Positions 7,545 through 15,104 of a stretch of DNA of 64,000 nucleotides are shown here, in pieces (within the stretch, counting starts at the first letter, position 1; every line of letters starts with the position of its first letter). Where the stretch lies: positions 1 through 64,000 of IMG/VR virus record IMGVR_UViG_3300045971_000356. The stretch is one strand, 5' to 3'. The position numbers and the translations under genes are program-made. Source of the DNA: a virus. The notes under the pieces were generated by a model. It worked only from the letters and a program-made list of their open reading frames with translations. It had not been told where the DNA came from and did not search any database.

Positions 7545-8237
7545 ATGAGAACGCAACGTAAAATTTTAGTCGTCGACGACGATCCAGTAGTAGGCCGCAG
7601 TTTTGAGCGGGTACTAAAAAGCAAAGGCTATGCAGTTATTAACTGCTCAAACGGCAAAGACGCTTTAACAAAACTACAAAATGAGGAATATGACGCAGTA
7701 TTCACAGACTTAAAAATGTCTGGAATGGATGGACTTGAAGTAGCCACAAAGGTTAAAGCAAGCCAACCATGGATGCCAGTCGTAATCATCACGGGGTATG
7801 CAACACCAGCAGCAGAAACCCAGGCAGCAACGCTAGGGGTGCACACATTCATTCAGAAACCACTAAGCCCTTCGATGATTGAAGAAATGGCTGAAAACGC
7901 GATGAGTGAAAAAAATGCAGTGTTTGAACCAACCACAGCAGTAATTGATGCATTAGTTGCCACACATGAAGTTAAGAAAGAAAACTTTGCTCTTAATTTA
8001 GCATTGTTTTTGTCAGCACCATTCATTGGTTTGCTGTATGCACTTGCATTGCCGCTAGTTGGCTTTGCTATGCTTGCTTACCTTGGTTTCAAGGCAGCAG
8101 TAAAGAGCGAAAAAATACGCTTTTATGGCACTATAATCGCAGCACCATTTATTGGGCTAGTATTTGCAATAGCAATGCCTATTGCAGGATTAGGTACGCT
8201 AGCTTACGTAGGCGGGCAAGCTGCTTTTAAAAAGTAA
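7545..8237 (+). CDS. response-regulator receiver protein with C-terminal membrane helices
   Basis: KILVVDDD...FTDLKMSGMDG...IITGY...QKP followed by duplicated hydrophobic APFIGL segments. Confidence 0.9.
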   Translation: MRTQRKILVVDDDPVVGRSFERVLKSKGYAVINCSNGKDALTKLQNEEYDAVFTDLKMSGMDGLEVATKVKASQPWMPVVIITGYATPAAETQAATLGVHTFIQKPLSPSMIEEMAENAMSEKNAVFEPTTAVIDALVATHEVKKENFALNLALFLSAPFIGLLYALALPLVGFAMLAYLGFKAAVKSEKIRFYGTIIAAPFIGLVFAIAMPIAGLGTLAYVGGQAAFKK

Positions 8238-8256
8238 TTTAACCTAACTACTCCGC

Positions 8257-8284
8257 AACGGCACTTTTACGTGCCGTTTCTATT
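8257..8284 (+). terminator. intrinsic terminator
   Basis: AACGGCAC-TTTTAC-GTGCCGTT hairpin followed by a T-rich tail. Confidence 0.6.
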
Positions 8285-8319
8285 GCGACCACCAGTAAAA
8301 TATAGTAAACTATACAGTT

Positions 8320-8661
8320 ATGAACATCAATATAGACCCAGCGTTTTTAACATCAGTTACTATTCATAAAGAATGGAGCATGTTTGGGCATAAAACAGAG
8401 CTAACTGAAGATGAGCTAGTTAAAGTCCTTAAAAACGAGGATAAATGCTCGTCAATCTCAAGTGAAGATCACCCTGAGTTTGCGAAAGTAAGAGAACAGC
8501 TAGGTAAAGACGGATACATAGAAATACAACGCAGTTGGTGGAACGGCGATCGTGTAACGAAAGCATTTACATTTAACGGCGCAAAATTTAAAAAAGGTGA
8601 GCAATTTCCAAGTGGTTGTGCAATGGCAGGCTACTTAAAGTTCACTAAGAAAGTAAAATAA
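8320..8661 (+). CDS. hypothetical protein
   Basis: Clean ORF. Confidence 0.6.
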   Translation: MNINIDPAFLTSVTIHKEWSMFGHKTELTEDELVKVLKNEDKCSSISSEDHPEFAKVREQLGKDGYIEIQRSWWNGDRVTKAFTFNGAKFKKGEQFPSGCAMAGYLKFTKKVK

Positions 8662-8664
8662 TAA

Positions 8665-8742
8665 GCCACTGTAGGCAAATCGGAAAAGTCGGCTGTCTCA
8701 AAAGCAGTTATTCTGTGGGTTCGAATCCCACCAGTGGCACCA
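8665..8742 (+). tRNA. tRNA-Leu(CAA)
   Basis: GCTGT-CTCAAAA-GCAGT, GCCACTG/CAGTGGC-ACCA. Confidence 0.9.
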
Positions 8743-8765
8743 AAATCAATTCAGCTAAATACTAG

Positions 8766-9455
8766 ATGCTTAAATTTTTATCTAAACTGCTTAATAAACC
8801 GCTTTTTAAACAAGAAGAAGCAGGCCCAACTGTCATTGACGAAGTTCGCATGAATTTAGATGATAGAAAAGCGTGGCGCCGGAAGATGGTATACTCTGCA
8901 ATACGCGAAACAATGACATCAGTTGGTGTCGTTGGATCAACATACAGATTTAAGTTGTCACAAGTTGATGATCGTGGGCACATTTATGCAGTGATGATTG
9001 ACATAAAGAAAAGTTTCACAATAAATCCATTGTCACAAGTAAAAGGATTTTTGGGCATTGAAAAATTAATTGTAAAAACTGCATTTGACAAATATGGAAT
9101 CACTGTAACTTCAGTATACTGGAGAACAGTGGAAGAAAAAGTTAACAAGGTTATTAAGAAAACAGTGGAATTAAAATCAGTCCCACCTAAACTTAAAGAT
9201 ATAGAAGTCATTGACGACAAAGATTTTGGCCCAGTAAGCGAGTTTGAACGCGAGCAATTCATGCAAGCAATTACACTTGGTATGCGTCCCAAGCCGTTAA
9301 CTATAGACGACAAAGCGTATTACTCTGATGTAATGCCACTTGAGGCTGCAAAGAAAGCAGTAGAGATAGATTTTGACTTGTCAGTGCCTGGCATAGTCGC
9401 TAGCTCAATCCAGTATTCAACTCAGCCTGGTGAGTTAACCGCAAAAAACAAATAA
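8766..9455 (+). CDS. host-like conserved hypothetical protein
   Basis: RRKMVYSAIRETMTSVGVVGSTYRFK...VMIDI...VYWR resembles, from memory, a Comamonadaceae-type hypothetical family. Confidence 0.55.
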   Translation: MLKFLSKLLNKPLFKQEEAGPTVIDEVRMNLDDRKAWRRKMVYSAIRETMTSVGVVGSTYRFKLSQVDDRGHIYAVMIDIKKSFTINPLSQVKGFLGIEKLIVKTAFDKYGITVTSVYWRTVEEKVNKVIKKTVELKSVPPKLKDIEVIDDKDFGPVSEFEREQFMQAITLGMRPKPLTIDDKAYYSDVMPLEAAKKAVEIDFDLSVPGIVASSIQYSTQPGELTAKNK

Positions 9456-9457
9456 TC

Positions 9458-9536
9458 GCGCCGGTATGCCGCTAGTCTTCGAAACTAGAGAAAGCTAACT
9501 GGACACATGCACGTTCGACTCGTGTTCGGCGCACCA
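9458..9536 (+). tRNA. D-armless tRNA-like RNA with Arg(TCG) anticodon arm
   Basis: GCGCCGG/TCGGCGC-ACCA, CTAGT-CTTCGAA-ACTAG. Only about 7 nt where the D-arm should be, and a long variable region. Confidence 0.55.
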
Positions 9537-9544
9537 AAATTAAT

Positions 9545-9619
9545 GCCCAGTTTGCATAGTGGTATTGCGCTCGTTTGGTATGCGAGAGATCATTGGTTCG
9601 ATTCCAATACTAGGCACCA
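9545..9619 (+). tRNA. tRNA-Thr(GGT)
   Basis: CTCGT-TTGGTAT-GCGAG, CCA. Confidence 0.85.
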
Positions 9620-9626
9620 ATATTAC

Positions 9627-9701
9627 GCCCAGGTAGCTCAGAGGAAGAGCAACGCTCCTACAAAGCGAAGGTCGAGATTTCGAAATTCTCCTTGGGCACC
9701 A
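9627..9701 (+). tRNA. tRNA-Val(TAC)
   Basis: GCCCAGG/CTTGGGC-ACCA, loop CCTACAA (C33). Confidence 0.75.
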
Positions 9702-9706
9702 AATAT

Positions 9707-9781
9707 CTCGCTATAGTACAATGGAAAGTGCGGGAGTTTCCTAAACTCTAAATGGGAGTTCGATTCTTCCTAGCGGGACCA
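9707..9781 (+). tRNA. tRNA-Arg(CCT)
   Basis: GGAGT-TTCCTAA-ACTCT, CCA. Confidence 0.85.
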
Positions 9782-9895
9782 CAGTAACAAATTTTAAAAG
9801 AGAGAAAGAAATGAAACACACTGACAAACGTTAGTGTCGTCGCAAGCCCCGTGTAGGTTCTGTGATGGCACGTAAAAGAAATTTTATACACATCA

Positions 9896-9970
9896 CCATT
9901 CTAAACTTTGATAGTGAAGTCCGGCCTCTTAAGCCGAGAGAACTCAGTGCGATTCTGAGAGAGTGGACCA
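9896..9970 (+). tRNA. tRNA-Lys(CTT)
   Basis: CCATTCT/AGAGTGG-ACCA, loop CTCTTAA. Confidence 0.75.
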
Positions 9971-9975
9971 TACAC

Positions 9976-10052
9976 GGATTGTTAGTTTAACGGTTAAAAC
10001 ATCTCCCTTTTAAGGAGTAAGACTCCGGGTTCGAATCCCGGGCGATCCACCA
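9976..10052 (+). tRNA. tRNA-Lys(TTT)
   Basis: CTCC-CTTTTAA-GGAG, canonical T-arm, CCA. Confidence 0.9.
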
Positions 10053-10123
10053 TATTAAAACACATTTTCTGAAACGTGAGAGCCTGTTTGCCGGTGCAGA
10101 GTAGGTCAGTGTGTTTTAATATG
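10051..10123 (+). ncRNA. long-stem cassette between two tRNAs
   Basis: CATATTAAAACAC...GTGTTTTAATATG inverted repeat. Confidence 0.5.
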
Positions 10124-10197
10124 GTGATATAGCATAGACAGATATGCAGGGGTCTCATAAGCCTCACAGGAAGGAGCGTTGCCTTCTATCACCACCA
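10123..10197 (+). tRNA. tRNA-Met(CAT)
   Basis: GGTGATA/TATCACC-ACCA, loop CTCATAA, non-canonical T-loop. Confidence 0.75.
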
Positions 10198-10208
10198 GTA
10201 AATACTTA

Positions 10209-11816
10209 ATGCGATTATGGTTTTTAATCTTTTTAGCACTCACATTGCTACCTGCTTACGCTCAAGACACGAGCCAACCGCAGGTAGTTTTTTCTGCGAT
10301 TAAAGATACTGACCAGCCCATTGAAGTACAGATGGAGACAGCAAGAGAGGCACTTAGGAACAATGACTTTGATACAGCAATAACCATACTGAATACAGTG
10401 CTGCTACTACCTAACAATAAGTTTACACAAGAGGCGCAAGCCCGCATTGGATTTGCGTACGAGAGATCTAAAAAGTACTCTAAAGCAATAGGCGAGTATA
10501 ACGCTTACATTGCCATGTATCCCAACAGCGGCATAGTGGAGTCAATGCGTAGGCGTTTACTGGCGCTTGAGATTTTAACGCCACAGCACGATGTAGCAAA
10601 AGCAATACCCGATGGACCGCGACAAATAAAAGAGCATAAAGTGGAAGCATCGAGCTCTACTTATTACATTGCTTCAGGTACTGACTCAACCTTGATTTCC
10701 AATGTACATGCGAACGGTGTGTTCAAAGATAATGAATACACTACAAAAGTAGTAGTGCGAGAAAATGTACACACTGACATTAAACCTAAAGTTGAATCTA
10801 AATACACGCTCAACACTGCCACTGTTGAAATTGAAAACAGTTATAAAGACTGGGAATTAAAACTTGGACGACAATCTTCTGATTACGGTGTAATGTCTAA
10901 GTTTGATGGTATAGCTGCAACGTATGGGTACGGGCACGACACTGAGTACACCTTAGTGCTCGGACAGCCATTAATGAACAATGCAACATCATCACGTAAA
11001 ATGTTTGGTCTTCACACTCACTTTAACTTAGGTGAGTTTACGTCAGCCACTGCATACTACAACCACCAAACTGCTGACAATTTTGAAGAGCGCTCAGCAT
11101 TGGGCACAGAGTTTAGGTACTTTAAGAACGAACTATCCGTGACAGCAGCAGCAGAGTACGACATAGCATATCAGCAACTAAACTCAGTGACATTTAACGC
11201 TCATAAAGACAACAACTCTAATAGATGGTTTGTGCTATACGATCGCAGAAAGTCTCCTGTGCTGTATGCCGACAAGGCGTTGGCACTGGGGTTGTTTAAC
11301 GGAGCAAACATGCCATATAATTCTATTGCAGAGGCATTAGCAAGGTCTGGTATGACAGCAAGCGAGTTGCGTGATTACATTGTGTCAGAAACAGCAGTGT
11401 CGTCAACATTTGCAATAGGTGGAGCAATAGCAGTAAACACATGGACCTTAGGTGGTGATATACAATCTGCAACAATGACAGGAACTGGTACCGAGCCGCA
11501 GTCATCTAAGATTAACTCAATATCGTTAAACGCATTTAACCCGAATGCTTTTCTAAAGCATTCAGTTAACGCTATTGTATCTTACTCTACGTCAGAAAAC
11601 GGTATATATACATTGACATTGTTAGACAGCACCGATATAGCAAAAATAAGATTAGACACTACTGCTCGTATTACTAACAAACAAAACAAACTATTATCGT
11701 TTAGTACACATCATAAACTGACTAAGGATGCGTTTTTAGAACTTCAACTTATGCTAAGTAAGATACGAGACGAGATAGACAAAACATTTATTTTAGGGTT
11801 TAGATATGAGTTTTAG
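10209..11816 (+). CDS. TPR-domain plus large beta-barrel outer-membrane protein (putative porin of a porin-cytochrome conduit)
   Basis: Signal peptide ending ...PAYA, TPR helices (EAQARIGFAYERSKKYSKAIGEYNAYIAMYP), many amphipathic strands and C-terminal LGFRYEF. Confidence 0.8.
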   Translation: MRLWFLIFLALTLLPAYAQDTSQPQVVFSAIKDTDQPIEVQMETAREALRNNDFDTAITILNTVLLLPNNKFTQEAQARIGFAYERSKKYSKAIGEYNAYIAMYPNSGIVESMRRRLLALEILTPQHDVAKAIPDGPRQIKEHKVEASSSTYYIASGTDSTLISNVHANGVFKDNEYTTKVVVRENVHTDIKPKVESKYTLNTATVEIENSYKDWELKLGRQSSDYGVMSKFDGIAATYGYGHDTEYTLVLGQPLMNNATSSRKMFGLHTHFNLGEFTSATAYYNHQTADNFEERSALGTEFRYFKNELSVTAAAEYDIAYQQLNSVTFNAHKDNNSNRWFVLYDRRKSPVLYADKALALGLFNGANMPYNSIAEALARSGMTASELRDYIVSETAVSSTFAIGGAIAVNTWTLGGDIQSATMTGTGTEPQSSKINSISLNAFNPNAFLKHSVNAIVSYSTSENGIYTLTLLDSTDIAKIRLDTTARITNKQNKLLSFSTHHKLTKDAFLELQLMLSKIRDEIDKTFILGFRYEF

Positions 11817-12318
11817 CAAGTTACTGATTGTAATATTTGTAAGTTGGTATGTTACACCTTCTATAGCAGCAGAATGTACCGCGTACGAAAAATCGCACCC
11901 ATCATTTTTGCTTGACGGAGCACACTTGTCCACGGGTAAGTGCCAAACGTGCGCAAGCTGTCACATCAACAGTATCTTCAACGGCACACCACGCTCATGC
12001 GTAACATGCCACAATGGAGATCCAGCACGTAACACCATTGGGAGACCAGCGTTACACATACCTACACAGCTTATCGAGTGTAATGCCTGCCACAAAACGG
12101 TATCATTTGCTACATCTGTTACTATGAATCACGTTATACTCGGGTCAGTGAAATGTACAACATGCCACTCAACAGCAAGCCCGCGATATCTTGGCAACCA
12201 GCAACGCATGTCGTTAACTCACGATCAGCGAACACCGGTGCCCACAGACTGCTCACAAGTTGGGTGCCACCGCCCCGGCGGTACAAAAGGTGTGCTATAC
12301 AAAAGTTGGGACAACTAA
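11806..12318 (+). CDS. secreted multiheme cytochrome c (4 CxxCH plus 1 CX4CH)
   Basis: Signal peptide; CASCH, CVTCH, CNACH, CTTCH and CSQVGCH. Confidence 0.9.
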   Translation: MSFSKLLIVIFVSWYVTPSIAAECTAYEKSHPSFLLDGAHLSTGKCQTCASCHINSIFNGTPRSCVTCHNGDPARNTIGRPALHIPTQLIECNACHKTVSFATSVTMNHVILGSVKCTTCHSTASPRYLGNQQRMSLTHDQRTPVPTDCSQVGCHRPGGTKGVLYKSWDN

Positions 12319-12408
12319 TCAGACTAAATAACTATGCTTTTAAGTTTTGACTAAGAACGCCTAAATAATTATGACCACTTGGTCATTACACATTAGGACG
12401 TTTATACC

Positions 12409-13137
12409 ATGCTTAAAAAGATATTACTTAGTTTAGCACTTATTGTAGCGGGCACATTGGGAACTGCTACTACAGCATCTGCGGCAGAATGTACCTTATA
12501 TGAGCAATCCCACCCAGCGTTCTTATTGGACGGGGCTCATCTATCAACTGGGCAATGCAACACCTGTGCATCATGTCACAAAGGTGGTGTATTTGTGGGT
12601 ACTCCAAAATCATGTACTGCGTGTCACAACGGTGACCCAGCAAGAACTACAGTAGGTAGGTCAGCATTACACATTCCAACACAGTTAACTGAATGTTCTT
12701 ACTGCCACCGCACAACTGCGTTTACGACCAACGTAAACATGGACCACACGCAAGTAACTCAGCAACGTTGCGACACTTGCCACAATGGATCATACTTGAA
12801 CTACGGTAAAAACTACGGTGGAGCAAAACAAAAAGGTCCATTGCACATTCCAACTACTGCTGATTGTTCATCGTGCCACACTACACAAAGCTGGTTAGTT
12901 AACCACGCAACAATCCATGCTGGCGTGACTACAGGTTGCGTAAACTGCCACAACGGCACTTACGCACCAGGCAAATCATCGTATGCTGCTGGACACCCAG
13001 TAACATCTGATGCTTGCGAAACTTGCCACAGCATTGATAACGCATTCAAGTGCGCCTCTGCTTACGACAAAGTAAAAGAATTCTTTGCGGTGTTGATACA
13101 CAAGGCAAAGATTTATTCCAACCATGCGTTTGCTTAG
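12409..13137 (+). CDS. secreted heptaheme cytochrome c, paralog of the upstream gene
   Basis: Signal peptide; CASCH, CTACH, CSYCH, CDTCH, CSSCH, CVNCH and CETCH. Confidence 0.92.
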   Translation: MLKKILLSLALIVAGTLGTATTASAAECTLYEQSHPAFLLDGAHLSTGQCNTCASCHKGGVFVGTPKSCTACHNGDPARTTVGRSALHIPTQLTECSYCHRTTAFTTNVNMDHTQVTQQRCDTCHNGSYLNYGKNYGGAKQKGPLHIPTTADCSSCHTTQSWLVNHATIHAGVTTGCVNCHNGTYAPGKSSYAAGHPVTSDACETCHSIDNAFKCASAYDKVKEFFAVLIHKAKIYSNHAFA

Positions 13138-13561
13138 TTTCAAAGACCTATATATTCTATCATCAGATTGGCATGTAAGTTATTGGACAGGTGTAGTTTG
13201 CGGCATAATAATGCTGCTATTGTTTACGTACCCGATTCGCAAATATTTCTTTGCGATTCGTGGTATCGGTAAAATGTCAACATGGTTTAACGCACACGTG
13301 GTGTTAGGCACTGCGATGACATTTCTGTTGATTTACCATACTAACTTTTTCCATACTCACTCGTTAAACGGTACCTTTGCCTTTTACAGCATTGTGGCAG
13401 TAGTAGCAAGCGGATTTGTGGGAAGGTATATTTTGCGTAGAGTACATAATCACAAATTTTGGGCTGACTTGTTCAAACATTGGCATGTAGCGCATGTACC
13501 CGTGATTTATATGTCGCTGGTTCTTGTGTTGATTCACGTTTATGCTATCCACGTATATTAA
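13124..13561 (+). CDS. four-helix inner-membrane His-rich protein (cytochrome b / ferric-reductase-like)
   Basis: Four hydrophobic segments with WFNAHVVLG, YHTNF, HWHVAHVP and LIHVYAIH. Confidence 0.7.
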   Translation: MRLLSFKDLYILSSDWHVSYWTGVVCGIIMLLLFTYPIRKYFFAIRGIGKMSTWFNAHVVLGTAMTFLLIYHTNFFHTHSLNGTFAFYSIVAVVASGFVGRYILRRVHNHKFWADLFKHWHVAHVPVIYMSLVLVLIHVYAIHVY

Positions 13562-13564
13562 CGC

Positions 13565-13593
13565 TTGACTTTGGGCTGATTCTGCGCTATAAT
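13565..13593 (+). promoter_or_regulatory. sigma70 promoter P1
   Basis: TTGACT-17 nt-TATAAT. Confidence 0.85.
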
Positions 13594-13650
13594 AAGCACT
13601 TAGACGCAAAGAAAACAATGTTTTTAGGCAATAAAAAGCAGAAAAACTAG

Positions 13651-13679
13651 TTGACTAGCGCAGTAAATAGTGTTATAAT
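13651..13679 (+). promoter_or_regulatory. sigma70 promoter P2
   Basis: TTGACT-17 nt-TATAAT. Confidence 0.85.
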
Positions 13680-13716
13680 AAACACTTAACGCAGTAAATG
13701 ATCGAGTTAGCTGCTA

Positions 13717-13731
13717 GCATTCATTAACAAT
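13717..13731 (+). promoter_or_regulatory. boxA-like antitermination site
   Basis: GCATTCATTAACAAT resembles rrn boxA (TGCTCTTTAACA) and lies just downstream of the tandem promoters. Confidence 0.5.
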
Positions 13732-13772
13732 ATAAGTAGACAGATTCCTTACGCTACAAGCGGGTGTAAGGA

Positions 13773-14832
13773 GTCATTTTGAAGTATTTTAGTTTGAACG
13801 TAAGTACATCCGAGGTGATCGAGGTTGTCCACTACCAGTATTGCTAAAGTATTTCAAAATGATTATCCCATGACAATAGCGCAACGATAGGGTACGCTTG
13901 CGATAGAACGACAATAGCAGCACGATATTATGGGATGTCATTTTGAAGTATCGTAGGTGATCCGAACCGTAGGCGACAATGCCAGACGAAGGTGATCTGG
14001 ACGGTATTTCAAAATGAGCTTTATTGTAAGCCAGTGTGGTACGCTGGTTAGCCGGATTGTGCGACAAGCAATAAAGAATCATTTTTAAGGGTACTCGCAG
14101 GTAATGGCAAGTTGGGAGGCCATCCAGATAAACCGTGGCCACGGTCTGGGTCTGTAGTCTTAGGTTCGAATCCTTTGTATCCTTCAAAATGATTTTTGTG
14201 AAAGTAAGGGGCGGTACCGTTGTGTGCCGAAAGACGGAGTCACTTCAGTTGTAAGACCGTGTAAAATCTTCCATTGCTCAGAAATCGCAAATCATTTTAG
14301 AGTGCACCAATGCGCCGTACACGCAGATACAGTGGAGTGTAGCCCGACGTTTGATATGTTGGGTCTGGCAGGTTCAAATCCTGCGAAGTGTACTCTAAAA
14401 TGATTATGTCAGTTGTTAAGTAGGTCATAGAATAGGGCAATCCAGTTTAGCGACCAGAGGACACTATTCAAACGGGACAGGTCGGGGCTCGGAATCTCGG
14501 ATGCTAACAACAAATCTTCATAAAGGGTTCTGCAGAACCTAGGTGTGGTCACAGCCTTTACTAAGGGCTTTCCGGTTCGATTCCGGGTGAGGATGACATG
14601 TCATTTTAAAGTATATCCACTACATTGGGTGATGCCAAATGGAAGATTAGGGAGTATCGTCCCGTTGGAATACTTTAAAATGATTTTATAGTTGAAGGCA
14701 CTGCGCGATTTGAGAAACACATCAGCTTGGTTGCTCTTGCACGATGTGAAAAGTCGGAATTTGTTCTAAGGGGCGTTCAACCTCTATACTGGGATGAAGG
14801 TAAAGTGTTTTGAACAGTGCCTTCAACTATAA
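13773..14832 (+). ncRNA. array of long-stem RNA cassettes with a shared terminal inverted repeat
   Basis: RTCATTTTNRAG...CTYNAAAATGA pairs at 13773-13863, 13937-14017, 14078-14193, 14291-14404 and 14600-14684, plus a related stem at 14686-14832. The spacers are also hairpins. Confidence 0.75.
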
Positions 14833-14842
14833 ATAATACTAC

Positions 14843-14962
14843 GCGAGTATGGTGGAATCGGTAGACACACCAGACTTCTACGGAACATCTGCTTAACGCG
14901 GGTGTTCAAAAAAATCTGACGGGGGCAACTCCATCCCGGTTCGACTCCGGGTACTCGCACCA
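14843..14962 (+). tRNA. tRNA-Leu(TAA) with 33-nt insert in the anticodon loop
   Basis: GCGAGTA/TACTCGC-ACCA and a Leu-type D-arm. CAGACTT[14878-14910]AAAATCTG restores CT-TAA-AA. Confidence 0.75.
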
Positions 14963-14968
14963 AGATTT

Positions 14969-15044
14969 GGGCTGTGATTGAGCTGGGGTTCTTGGCTGCT
15001 TTGCAAGCAGTTCTCGGTGGGTTCGATTCCCACACGGTCCACCA
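14969..15044 (+). tRNA. tRNA-Ala(TGC)
   Basis: GCTGC-TTTGCAA-GCAGT, G3-U70. Confidence 0.85.
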
Positions 15045-15104
15045 ATATTCTTGACAACACCGTACGATCAGCGTATGCTGTTGATAACTACTAAAGGAAA
15101 AATC

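Noticed and set aside
7545-13561. Bacterial chromosome or prophage boundary
   Set aside because: The host-like genes are interleaved with phage tRNAs, carry phage-type promoters and have similar composition. No integrase or att site was seen. Read-level confirmation is still advisable.
13789-14187. 132-aa minus-strand ORF
   Set aside because: It is antisense to strong promoters, spans the inverted repeats and has no recognisable protein features.
13773-14832. CRISPR array
   Set aside because: The repeats are inverted pairs with variable spacing, not direct repeats with uniform spacers, and there are no cas genes in the window.
14878-14910. Group I intron in tRNA-Leu
   Set aside because: 33 nt cannot hold a ribozyme core.
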